Shown here piece after piece: positions 8,111 through 16,090 of a DNA stretch of 20,000 nt; positions within the stretch are counted from its first letter, which is position 1, and the number at the start of each line of letters is the position of its first letter. The notes below the pieces were generated by a model. That model was not told where the DNA came from. It made no database searches and worked only from the letters and a program-made list of their open reading frames with translations. Origin of the DNA: an uncultured virus (IMG/VR IMGVR_UViG_3300035034_001691) (taxonomy: Duplodnaviria; Heunggongvirae; Uroviricota; Caudoviricetes). A program made the translations under genes and the position numbers. The stretch lies in the IMG/VR virus record IMGVR_UViG_3300035034_001691, one strand, 5' to 3'.

Positions 8111-8361
8111 TGAAAGTATATTCAATACAAATACCGTTTAGTAAGGATGAAGAAGGCCATGATGATTGGATTTATGTAACAACCGAACATCCAAATGGTA
8201 TTGTAGGTGATAGAATTGTTGTTACTTACAATTCCGAACAGGAAGCAAAAGAAGCAGGTGCTATTTGGAAAAGATTTCGGGTAATTGAATTTAACACTGT
8301 TGCTCCCGAAGAAAAGGCATGGGCTGAACAACAAGTAAAAGATAGTAGGTTTGACGGTTAA
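8110..8361 (+). CDS. Hypothetical protein
   Basis: 83-aa ORF coupled to the PRTase gene by a TAATG overlap. Confidence 0.6.
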   Translation: MKVYSIQIPFSKDEEGHDDWIYVTTEHPNGIVGDRIVVTYNSEQEAKEAGAIWKRFRVIEFNTVAPEEKAWAEQQVKDSRFDG

Positions 8362-8364
8362 TTC

Positions 8365-8392
8365 TTGACAAAACCTAAATAAAGTGTATAAT
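8365..8392 (+). promoter_or_regulatory. Sigma70-type promoter for folE-queE
   Basis: TTGACA 8365-8370, 16 nt, TATAAT 8387-8392 in an intergenic gap. A late-like CTAAATA lies at 8375-8381. Confidence 0.75.
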
Positions 8393-8405
8393 AAAATATA
8401 CTTAC

Positions 8406-8438
8406 AAGACATCCTCGTCTTTAATAACTCGGAAAGGA
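8406..8438 (+). promoter_or_regulatory. Candidate folE leader hairpin/pseudoknot able to occlude the RBS
   Basis: Stem AAGAC (8406-8410)/GTCTT (8417-8421). Loop ATCCTC contains TCCT, complementary to the AGGA RBS at 8435-8438. Confidence 0.35.
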
Positions 8439-8444
8439 AATTTA

Positions 8445-9131
8445 TTGACTATCTCTAATATTATTAAGAATAGAATTTTAAAAGAAGGTAATACATATTG
8501 GGCTGGAGATAATATCAGCCAACATATTCAAGAAGGTGAGCTAGAAGAATTAACTGACGAGCTCACAGAAAAATTTGAAGCAGTGCTTGACTCGCTTGTT
8601 ATAGATCGATTAAATGATCCTAATAGCAAGGACACAGGTAGAAGACTAGCGAAAATGTATATACACGAATTAATGCGTGGAAGATATTATCCAATGCCAG
8701 ATGCAACTTCGTTCCCAAACGAAGTCGAAGATGGTTATACAGGAATGTTGGTGGTGCGAAGTGAAATTAAATCAGTTTGCTCGCATCACCATCAACCTGT
8801 TACAGGTGTTGCTTACATTGGAATTATTGCTGCAGAAACATTGATAGGACTCAGCAAATATACAAGAATTGCACAATGGTGTGCAAGACGTGGTACATTA
8901 CAAGAAGAATTATGTAATGATATTGCAAAAGAAATAATTTCTGCAACAGGCAGCAATGATGTCGGAGTTTACATACAAGCAACTCACGGATGTTGCGAAA
9001 ACAGAGGCATAATGGCACATTCTAGTTTGACACAGACTACTGTGCTAAAAGGTGCATTTAAACATGATCCTGCCACAAAGCAAGAATTCTTTGATAACAT
9101 CAAACTACAACAACAGTGGGCACCAAGATGA
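8445..9131 (+). CDS. folE: GTP cyclohydrolase I
   Basis: DPNSKDTGRRLAKMY, SVCSHHHQP (Zn Cys/His), IGLSKYTR, LQEEL, HGCCENRG. TTG start after AGGA. Confidence 0.95.
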   Translation: MTISNIIKNRILKEGNTYWAGDNISQHIQEGELEELTDELTEKFEAVLDSLVIDRLNDPNSKDTGRRLAKMYIHELMRGRYYPMPDATSFPNEVEDGYTGMLVVRSEIKSVCSHHHQPVTGVAYIGIIAAETLIGLSKYTRIAQWCARRGTLQEELCNDIAKEIISATGSNDVGVYIQATHGCCENRGIMAHSSLTQTTVLKGAFKHDPATKQEFFDNIKLQQQWAPR

Positions 9132-9997
9132 AATTAAGATATAGCGAAGCATTTTATTCTATACAAGGTGAAGGTAAGTTTGTTGGAGTGCCTAGTGTAT
9201 TTCTTCGAACTTTTGGTTGCAATTTTCGATGCAAGAAATTTGGTCTTCCTAAAGATCAAGAAGTTGGAAAATATAATCCAGAAGTAGAACAACTTCTAGA
9301 GAATGGTATTGACCAATATGAAAAATTTGAAGACCTTCCGATTATACACACAGGATGTGACACTTATGCTAGTATCTATCCTGAATTTAAACGTTTTATG
9401 AAAAATGAAACAGTAAACGACGTAGTTGATAATTTATTGAAATTAACTCCAACCGGCAAATGGTCTTTAGATAATGGACAAGATATACATTTTATTTTAA
9501 CAGGCGGTGAACCTTTGCTTGGTTGGCAAAAATTGTATGTTGAGTTGTTTAACCATCCTAACATGAAGGATCTAAAAAATGTTACTTTCGAGACTAACAC
9601 TACACAACATCTTCAATCAAATCTTAAAGAGTTCTTCGGATATCAAGACCACATACGAATTACGTTCTCATGTTCGCCTAAGCTCACAGTTAGCGGCGAA
9701 TCTTGGAATGCTGCAATACAGCCTGATATTGCTCGTCAATACTTTGATGTTCCTAATAGCGACATGTATTTTAAGTTTGTTGTCGCTAATGACGATGATG
9801 TGGAAGATGTTCGTCGTGCTGTTGATGCTTACCGCAAAGCCGGTATTAATTGTCCTGTCTACCTTATGCCGCTGGGTGGAAGAAGTGAAGAATATTATCT
9901 CAATAAAGATAGAATCGTTGAAATTGCGATGCAAGAAGGTTGGAGATATACCCCAAGGCTCCATGTCGAAGTCTTCGGAAACGCATGGGGAACATGA
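9128..9997 (+). CDS. queE: 7-carboxy-7-deazaguanine synthase (radical SAM)
   Basis: EAFYSIQGEG, VFLRTFGCNFRC...GCDT, LTGGEP, FETN, SCSPKL, YFKFVV, PRLH. ATG 9128 overlaps the folE stop (ATGA). Confidence 0.93.
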   Translation: MKLRYSEAFYSIQGEGKFVGVPSVFLRTFGCNFRCKKFGLPKDQEVGKYNPEVEQLLENGIDQYEKFEDLPIIHTGCDTYASIYPEFKRFMKNETVNDVVDNLLKLTPTGKWSLDNGQDIHFILTGGEPLLGWQKLYVELFNHPNMKDLKNVTFETNTTQHLQSNLKEFFGYQDHIRITFSCSPKLTVSGESWNAAIQPDIARQYFDVPNSDMYFKFVVANDDDVEDVRRAVDAYRKAGINCPVYLMPLGGRSEEYYLNKDRIVEIAMQEGWRYTPRLHVEVFGNAWGT

Positions 9998-10042
9998 TGC
10001 CAGTATCAAAGCATTTATGTATTCAAAGCAATAGGAAAGTAA

Positions 10043-10210
10043 ATGAAAATATCAACACAAGACTTAGTTAACAAACTTGTTCATATAATGGAAGAGATTA
10101 AAACTAAGAAATTTACAAAAGAAGAGTTACAACAGATTGAACAAAAAATTGTTAATCCTCTCGAAGAAATTGTAACAGGATTAGAAAATACATACAAGGA
10201 TAAATTATGA
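10043..10210 (+). CDS. Small hypothetical protein (55 aa, not in the ORF track)
   Basis: AGGA RBS at 10033-10036, ATG 10043, MKISTQDLVNKLVHIMEEIKTKKF...YKDKL, ATGA overlap with the next gene. Fills an otherwise empty gap. Confidence 0.65.
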   Translation: MKISTQDLVNKLVHIMEEIKTKKFTKEELQQIEQKIVNPLEEIVTGLENTYKDKL

Positions 10211-10587
10211 AATGGTTACGCAAAATCTTTGGCAGTGAAGAAGTCAAAGGTATAAAGACAGAGGAAGATATAAGGCGAGAAGCTTTAGCTAAAGAAAAAG
10301 AAACCGCTACAAAAAAAGGCGAAGCTTGGGTAGCTGTTTTAGACACGCACGTAAATCCACACGACATTAAGAATGGATTTTTTGAACTTGACTGGAATAA
10401 CGAATTTATTGAGCAATTGGTAGATGCCGGTTATAACGGAGAATCAAATGAAGAAATCATCAACGCTTGGTTTGTTACATTGATAACTCAAATGTTAGAA
10501 GAAGAAGGTCTCAACGATACTCCGAGAGATGCAGGATATATTAAAATAGTACCAAGTAGTAGAAAAGGCAGAAGCGAAATTTCATGA
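10207..10587 (+). CDS. Hypothetical phage protein
   Basis: 126 aa, coupled on both sides by ATGA overlaps; motif GFFELDWNNEFI. Confidence 0.75.
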   Translation: MKWLRKIFGSEEVKGIKTEEDIRREALAKEKETATKKGEAWVAVLDTHVNPHDIKNGFFELDWNNEFIEQLVDAGYNGESNEEIINAWFVTLITQMLEEEGLNDTPRDAGYIKIVPSSRKGRSEIS

Positions 10588-11594
10588 CTTATATTATAGT
10601 AGATACCGCCAACTTATTCTTTCGCGCTCGACATGTTGTTAGGGGTGATTTAGATACAAAAATAGGTATGTGTTTTCATATTACCCTCAATGCTATAAGA
10701 AAAGCATGGAAGGATTTTGATGGGAAACATGTGGTCTTTTGTTTAGAAGGTCGATCTTGGCGAAAGGATTATTACGAACCTTATAAAAAGAATAGATCAG
10801 AAGATAGAGCAGCTATGTCTGCAAAGGAACAAGAAGAAGAAAAACTCTTCTGGGAAGTGTTTGATGAGTTTAAAGATTTTATAAACGAAAAGACAAACTG
10901 TACTGTTTTGAGACATCCTAATTTAGAAGCTGATGATCTTATTGCAGGATGGATTCGTGCTCATCCTGATGATAACCATGTTGTACTTTCTACCGATGGT
11001 GATTTTGCTCAATTGATATCCCCTACTGTATCACAATACAATGGTGTTACGAATACTACCATTACACACGAAGGATATTTTGACGATAAAGGCAAGCCTA
11101 TAATCGATAAAAAAACTAAAAAAGAAAAGCCTGCACCTAATCCTAACTGGTTGTTATTTGAAAAGTGCATACGTGGCGACAAGAGTGATAATGTGTTCCC
11201 TGCTTATCCCGGCGCACGAAAAAAGGGTACTGCAAAAAAGGTTGGAATGTTAGAAGCTTTTGAAGACAAAAATACAAAAGGATATAACTGGAACAATTTC
11301 ATGTTGCAACGCTGGACTGATCATAACGATGTAGAACATAGAGTTATAGACGATTATAAAAGAAACGTTGAACTTTGTGATCTTACTGCACAACCGGATC
11401 ATGTACAAGAAATGATAAACGAAACTATCAGCGAATCTACTAATAATCCAAAGGATGTTAGTCAAGTTGGTATATTATTGGCAAAATTTTGTGCCAAATG
11501 GGATCTTCGTCGCGTTAGTGATAACATCCTTACATATAATGAACAATATAGTTCGAGGTATTTAAATGACAATAAATGCAAAATCTCTGCTTAA
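10584..11594 (+). CDS. rnh: T4 RNase H-like / FEN-family 5'-3' exonuclease
   Basis: IIVDTANLFFR, RKDYYEPYKKNR, LEADDLIA, LSTDGDFAQL and GDKSDNV: the acidic metal-binding motifs of the 5' nuclease family. Confidence 0.9.
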   Translation: MTYIIVDTANLFFRARHVVRGDLDTKIGMCFHITLNAIRKAWKDFDGKHVVFCLEGRSWRKDYYEPYKKNRSEDRAAMSAKEQEEEKLFWEVFDEFKDFINEKTNCTVLRHPNLEADDLIAGWIRAHPDDNHVVLSTDGDFAQLISPTVSQYNGVTNTTITHEGYFDDKGKPIIDKKTKKEKPAPNPNWLLFEKCIRGDKSDNVFPAYPGARKKGTAKKVGMLEAFEDKNTKGYNWNNFMLQRWTDHNDVEHRVIDDYKRNVELCDLTAQPDHVQEMINETISESTNNPKDVSQVGILLAKFCAKWDLRRVSDNILTYNEQYSSRYLNDNKCKISA

Positions 11595-12042
11595 AGGCAA
11601 ATTTTGGATCGTTAACGAAAACGATAAGAGCTTAGGTACAATTACAAAAGAAGAAGATAGGTTTGTCTACCAATGTCAAACCGGTACCATTGTGTTTGAC
11701 AACGAAAGCAAGTTAAAGAAACATTTAGGAAAAATTGTTTGGACTTCAACGGAAGTTGAAGATAAAACTGAAATAAAGATAAATGAAATTTATGGATTTC
11801 CTATTAGTACAAAGTCTGCAACCGCAATGTTTGACATAAAAAGAAAGCTTCCTCTCTTTACAAAGAGTGAAAAATCAAAAAGTTTGTATTGTGCTGGTTA
11901 TTATATAATAAACTTTGACAAAGGATGGGTTAAATCTTTTTGTCCAAAAGTATCAACAATTGAAGGATATGAATACAAAGGTCCTTTTAAGACAGAAATT
12001 GAAATGAAAGCAGCGTTGAAGAATGCCAATAGAACCACTTAA
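11566..12042 (+). CDS. Hypothetical phage protein
   Basis: 158-aa ORF with GAGG RBS, overlapping the rnh end. Confidence 0.75.
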   Translation: MTINAKSLLKGKFWIVNENDKSLGTITKEEDRFVYQCQTGTIVFDNESKLKKHLGKIVWTSTEVEDKTEIKINEIYGFPISTKSATAMFDIKRKLPLFTKSEKSKSLYCAGYYIINFDKGWVKSFCPKVSTIEGYEYKGPFKTEIEMKAALKNANRTT

Positions 12043-12262
12043 TACATTACCATTACAACAATACCTGCAACGTGTTAAAACGGCTGATCGTTCAAATGCA
12101 AAGGAAGTTAAGCTTTCGATGAACGAAGCCAAAGACCTTGCATTTACAATTGGTCTAGTTATGTCGCGAATGGAAGGTGACTTAGAGAGACTTGTAAAAG
12201 AATCAAATGAAACTGCAACTGAAATAATTAAGGTTGAAGTAGGAAGTAAAACAGGATGGTAA
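12023..12262 (+). CDS. Hypothetical protein
   Basis: 79-aa ORF overlapping the upstream gene, co-oriented. Confidence 0.65.
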   Translation: MPIEPLNTLPLQQYLQRVKTADRSNAKEVKLSMNEAKDLAFTIGLVMSRMEGDLERLVKESNETATEIIKVEVGSKTGW

Positions 12263-12280
12263 AAATACGAATATAAAAAT

Positions 12281-12312
12281 GATAAATATGCGTAGTTAAA
12301 GGGGACTACGCA
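12281..12312 (+). promoter_or_regulatory. T4-late-like promoter motif plus RBS-enclosing hairpin
   Basis: GATAAATA 12281-12288. Stem TGCGTAGT (12289-12296)/ACTACGCA (12305-12312) encloses AAAGGGG and ends just before ATG 12314. Confidence 0.5.
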
Positions 12313-12313
12313 A

Positions 12314-12607
12314 ATGTCAAGACCAAAGCCTACAATATTATTAGAACACACTGACCGAGAAACATACAAAGTAGAACAGATATTAGAAGCAGATGCTATA
12401 TGGGCAGTCTACTATAAAGGAAAACCTTTCAATTTAAAATCATCTAATATGTTAACCAGTTATCCTGGTCCAAAGTATAAGAAGGTTTCCTTTTCTAATC
12501 CAGGACATGCTAGAAATTTAGCTAAAAAGATGAATGATCTTTTTAAAACAACAGAGTTTAGTGTCTATCAACTAGTTGAAGGAATCATGCTTCGAGATGA
12601 ACTCTGA
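12314..12607 (+). CDS. Hypothetical phage protein
   Basis: 97 aa, MSRPKPTILLE...YPGPKYKKVSFSNPGHA; basic. Confidence 0.75.
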   Translation: MSRPKPTILLEHTDRETYKVEQILEADAIWAVYYKGKPFNLKSSNMLTSYPGPKYKKVSFSNPGHARNLAKKMNDLFKTTEFSVYQLVEGIMLRDEL

Positions 12608-13019
12608 AACATATACGAAGATTTTTCTTAAAGCCAATAATATAGCAGTTAATGAACCGTCTATAAAAGAACATCACCATAGGTGGTTTAAGAACACACG
12701 TCATCGAGAAACTATGGGTGGATTACGTCTGACAGAAGATGGACTTAACATGGTTAGAGATCTTGATTTAAGACTTTATGAAATCCCATTTTATGATAAA
12801 CTAAAAATGACTACTCAAGTTTTAATATTCCTTGATAAATTTATTGATTGTCCGTATTATGTTAATGAGAGATCTATATATGTAGCAGGAGAGCGAAAGG
12901 CAGTAGAATTAACAATGTTTTCAGGAAACCTTCTCAAATACGGTCTAAACAAAGCTATGAAAAAAACATTAGGTGAAAATGTAGACATAGATATCGAAGA
13001 TATCAATAAAGACACTTGA
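12597..13019 (+). CDS. Hypothetical phage protein
   Basis: Probable ATG 12597 overlapping the upstream gene; GGLRLTEDG...FIDCPYY. Confidence 0.7.
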   Translation: MNSETYTKIFLKANNIAVNEPSIKEHHHRWFKNTRHRETMGGLRLTEDGLNMVRDLDLRLYEIPFYDKLKMTTQVLIFLDKFIDCPYYVNERSIYVAGERKAVELTMFSGNLLKYGLNKAMKKTLGENVDIDIEDINKDT

Positions 13020-13044
13020 CAACCTTAGAATGTGCTGTTATAAT
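13016..13044 (+). promoter_or_regulatory. Perfect consensus sigma70 promoter with extended -10
   Basis: TTGACA 13016-13021, 17 nt, TG-n-TATAAT (TG 13036-13037, TATAAT 13039-13044). AAGGAG RBS before ATG 13090. Confidence 0.85.
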
Positions 13045-13089
13045 TTTAAAACAATTAAGCACTGACGTTTAAAATTTAAGGAGACACAA

Positions 13090-14184
13090 ATGGCTACAGA
13101 TATTGATATTAACGTTCGTCAGGTTACCCCTAAGGGTGCCAAGCGAGCAATTCTACGGGCACACCGACGCAAGCGTCCTATCTTCTTGTGGGGTCAGCCA
13201 GGTATTGGTAAGTCTGACATTGTTAATCAACTAGGTGACGATCTTAATGCTCATGTCATTGACGTTCGGTTGTCTTTGTGGGAACCAACTGATATTAAGG
13301 GTATCCCATATTTTGATCCAGAGATTAAGAAGATGGTATGGGGTTCCCCGGTTGAACTTCCAGATCAAGAACTTGCTTCTCAACACAAGAATATCATCTT
13401 GTTTTTAGACGAGATGAATTCAGCTGCACCTTCTGTGCAGGCTGCTGCTTACCAGCTTATTCTTAATCGAAAGGTTGGTACTTACACTTTGCCCGATAAT
13501 GTTTACATTATTGCAGCAGGTAACCGCGAAGGTGATCGCGGTGTTGTTAACCGTATGCCTGCTCCTCTTGCTAATCGATTCGTTCACATTGAGATGATTT
13601 CATCTTATGATGATTGGTTTGAATGGGCTGTTAAGAACGGTGAACATCCAGATGTTATTGGTTACATTACATTTGACAAGGCTTCGTTGAACGATTTCCG
13701 TCCTAACAGTGGTCGTTCTTTTGCAACTCCTCGTTCTTGGTCGTTTGTTAGTGAATTGATTTACGACGACGACAACGAAGAGACAACTATGGACCTCGTG
13801 AGCGGTTCAATTGGTGAGGGGCTTGCTATTAAATTCATGGGTCACCGTAGGAATTCCGCAGGACTTCCTAACCCAACTGATATCTTGAGCGGGAAGGTAG
13901 AGAAGATTTCTACTAAGGAAGTCAGTGCTATGTACTCCTTAACAGTAGCTCTTTGCTACGAACTAAAAGACTCAAACGAGAAAGACGACGAAAAGGTCTT
14001 CGCTAAAAAGTTTGATCGCTTCCTAAAGTTTTCCATGGACAACTTTGATACAGAAATGGTTGTTATGGGAGTCAAGATTGCTATGACTCAATACGGTCTA
14101 GTAGTAGACGTTGATGAAGCACCGCACTTTGAGAAGTTTCACAATAAGTACGGTAAGTACATCACGGCTGCAAATCGAGCATAA
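13090..14184 (+). CDS. MoxR/dynein-related AAA+ ATPase
   Basis: Walker A GQPGIGKS, Walker B ILFLDE, AAGNR sensor, PLANRF arginine finger, TPRSW. Adjacent to a vWA gene. Confidence 0.9.
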   Translation: MATDIDINVRQVTPKGAKRAILRAHRRKRPIFLWGQPGIGKSDIVNQLGDDLNAHVIDVRLSLWEPTDIKGIPYFDPEIKKMVWGSPVELPDQELASQHKNIILFLDEMNSAAPSVQAAAYQLILNRKVGTYTLPDNVYIIAAGNREGDRGVVNRMPAPLANRFVHIEMISSYDDWFEWAVKNGEHPDVIGYITFDKASLNDFRPNSGRSFATPRSWSFVSELIYDDDNEETTMDLVSGSIGEGLAIKFMGHRRNSAGLPNPTDILSGKVEKISTKEVSAMYSLTVALCYELKDSNEKDDEKVFAKKFDRFLKFSMDNFDTEMVVMGVKIAMTQYGLVVDVDEAPHFEKFHNKYGKYITAANRA

Positions 14185-14188
14185 ACTA

Positions 14189-14220
14189 AAAAGACGGGTG
14201 TTGAAAAACATCCGTCTTTT
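14189..14220 (+). terminator. Rho-independent terminator (possibly bidirectional)
   Basis: AAAAGACGGGTGTT-GAAA-AACATCCGTCTTTT: 14-bp stem with one G-U pair, GNRA loop and flanking A/T runs, immediately after the ATPase stop. Confidence 0.85.
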
Positions 14221-14223
14221 CTC

Positions 14224-14252
14224 TTGATTAATTGCGAAATTTGCTTTATAAT
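14224..14252 (+). promoter_or_regulatory. Sigma70-type promoter for the vWA gene
   Basis: TTGATT 14224-14229, 17 nt, TATAAT 14247-14252. GAGGAG RBS before ATG 14281. Confidence 0.7.
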
Positions 14253-14280
14253 TAAATATAAAGTAACAGAGGAGTGTTCT

Positions 14281-15534
14281 ATGACTGTCAATATTAAGAG
14301 TTGGAAGCCTAATCCCGATATTACCGAAGCTGAAATTGAAGCAATGCGACCAGAAGTAGTTGATAAGATTATCACGGCGCGGATTGCACTCTTGCTTCGA
14401 CATCCATTTTTTGGCAATATGTCAACTCGATTGAAAATTCAAGAAGGTGGTGCATTTTGCAATACTGCTGCAACAGACGGTAAAAATCTTTACTATAATG
14501 TCGAGTTCTTTAATCAGCTTAGTATTAAGCAGACTGAATTTGTTATCGCACATGAGATTTATCATTGCATGTTTGAACACGGATTGCGTAAAGAAGATCG
14601 TGATCACCGAATCTTTAATATTGCATCGGACTATGTAATCAACGGATTGCTCGTTCGTGATAGAATTGGTGACATGGTTGATCAGATTCAAATCTATATT
14701 GATAAGAAATATGACAACTGGACTTCTGAAGAAGTATATGATGATATTTTTAATAAGATGGACGACGCCGAACTAGACGCACTTGGTCAATTGCTAGATG
14801 ATCATCTAGATTGGGAAGACGAAACCGGTAAAGGTGGTGGTCGAATTGATGCAAACGGTCAGCCTCGTTATACCAGAGAAGAATTACGTCGGATCCGAGA
14901 CGAAATTAAAAAGGATATGATTGCTGCTGCAATGGGAGCAGGTGCTGGAAATACCCCAGCAGGGATACAGCGTATGATCCGTGAGTTAACCGAACCTAAG
15001 ATAAATTGGAGAGAATTGATTCAACAACAGATCAAAAGTCTTCGAAAGGATGACTTTACGTTTATGCGACCAAGTCGAAAAGGTCAACAGAGCGGTGCTA
15101 TTCTTCCAGGTAGTGCCAATCAAACTCGTATCGAGGTTGCAATTGGCATTGACATGTCTGGATCTATTGGTGACAAACAAGCTTCTGATTTTATGTCAGA
15201 AATAAAAGGCATTGTTGAAGAGTTTCAAGACTACGAAATTGACGTATGGTGTTTTGATACTGCTGTTTATAACCATGATAAGTTTAACGGTGACGACGGT
15301 CGTGACATTGGTAGCTATTCTATTAAAGGCGGCGGCGGAACTGATTTTGATGCAAATTGGAGTTTTATGAAAAACAAAGAAATTGCACCTAAATTGTTTA
15401 TCATGTTTACTGACGGGTATCCTTATAATTCATGGGGTGATCCTGAATACTGTGATACATTGTTTATCATTCATGGTAATTCAAATAAATCTCTGCAAGC
15501 ACCGTTTGGTGTAACTGCTCATTACGAAGAATAA
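14281..15534 (+). CDS. Metallopeptidase-like (HEXXH) plus vWA domain protein (DUF2201-type), MoxR partner
   Basis: TAATDG, AHEIYHC (HExxH), NIASDYVIN; vWA MIDAS DMSGS, GGGGTDF, FTDG. Start corrected to ATG 14281. Confidence 0.88.
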   Translation: MTVNIKSWKPNPDITEAEIEAMRPEVVDKIITARIALLLRHPFFGNMSTRLKIQEGGAFCNTAATDGKNLYYNVEFFNQLSIKQTEFVIAHEIYHCMFEHGLRKEDRDHRIFNIASDYVINGLLVRDRIGDMVDQIQIYIDKKYDNWTSEEVYDDIFNKMDDAELDALGQLLDDHLDWEDETGKGGGRIDANGQPRYTREELRRIRDEIKKDMIAAAMGAGAGNTPAGIQRMIRELTEPKINWRELIQQQIKSLRKDDFTFMRPSRKGQQSGAILPGSANQTRIEVAIGIDMSGSIGDKQASDFMSEIKGIVEEFQDYEIDVWCFDTAVYNHDKFNGDDGRDIGSYSIKGGGGTDFDANWSFMKNKEIAPKLFIMFTDGYPYNSWGDPEYCDTLFIIHGNSNKSLQAPFGVTAHYEE

Positions 15535-15535
15535 G

Positions 15536-15805
15536 ATGAAGCTTAAGAAACCTAATCCATTGGATTACTTTGGAGTGAGGAGGGTGCCGGTTGCCCCTCC
15601 TCACTTCGAATACGAAATCCTTAATACTGTTATTTTAAAGTATTGGGAATCTAATGTAATTGAATGGATTGAACGTAAACTATCCGGACGTTATTATTTT
15701 GATGACACTACTGAAATAATAGATGGTAACATAATCACCACTAAAAAAATAGGATTTGAAAAGCCTAGTGAATTAAGCTACTTCATAATTTCATATCCAA
15801 ATTAA
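15536..15805 (+). CDS. Hypothetical phage protein
   Basis: 89-aa ORF directly after the vWA gene; IGFEKPSELSYF. Confidence 0.7.
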   Translation: MKLKKPNPLDYFGVRRVPVAPPHFEYEILNTVILKYWESNVIEWIERKLSGRYYFDDTTEIIDGNIITTKKIGFEKPSELSYFIISYPN

Positions 15806-15812
15806 TCTATGT

Positions 15813-15846
15813 GATAAATAATATGCGTACTAAATGACGCATATTA
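15813..15846 (+). promoter_or_regulatory. T4-late-like promoter motif plus perfect 10-bp hairpin abutting the RBS
   Basis: GATAAATA 15813-15820. Stem TAATATGCGT (15819-15828)/ACGCATATTA (15837-15846), then GGAGG and ATG 15857. Confidence 0.55.
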
Positions 15847-15856
15847 GGAGGCATAG

Positions 15857-16090
15857 ATGTCAACAAAAGAAACTACAAAAGAGGAACAACCTGTTTCTCA
15901 AACTGAAAGCGGAAATCACTCCGACATCAGTATAAAAGACCTAGCTACTATCCGTAGTATAATTGACGTAGCGTCACAACGCGGAGCATTTAAAGCAGGC
16001 GAACTTGAATCAGTTGGACAAGTTTATAACAAGATAGATGCAATAATCAATGCACTGACTGCTCAACAAAATGGAGGAGCAGCACAATGA
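15857..16090 (+). CDS. Hypothetical phage protein
   Basis: 77 aa, strong GGAGG RBS; IIDVASQRGAFKAGEL. Confidence 0.75.
   Translation: MSTKETTKEEQPVSQTESGNHSDISIKDLATIRSIIDVASQRGAFKAGELESVGQVYNKIDAIINALTAQQNGGAAQ

Noticed and set aside
11831..11860. Other intragenic TTGACA hexamers (e.g. 11831, 11696)
   Set aside because: No acceptable -10 element at 16-18 nt spacing.
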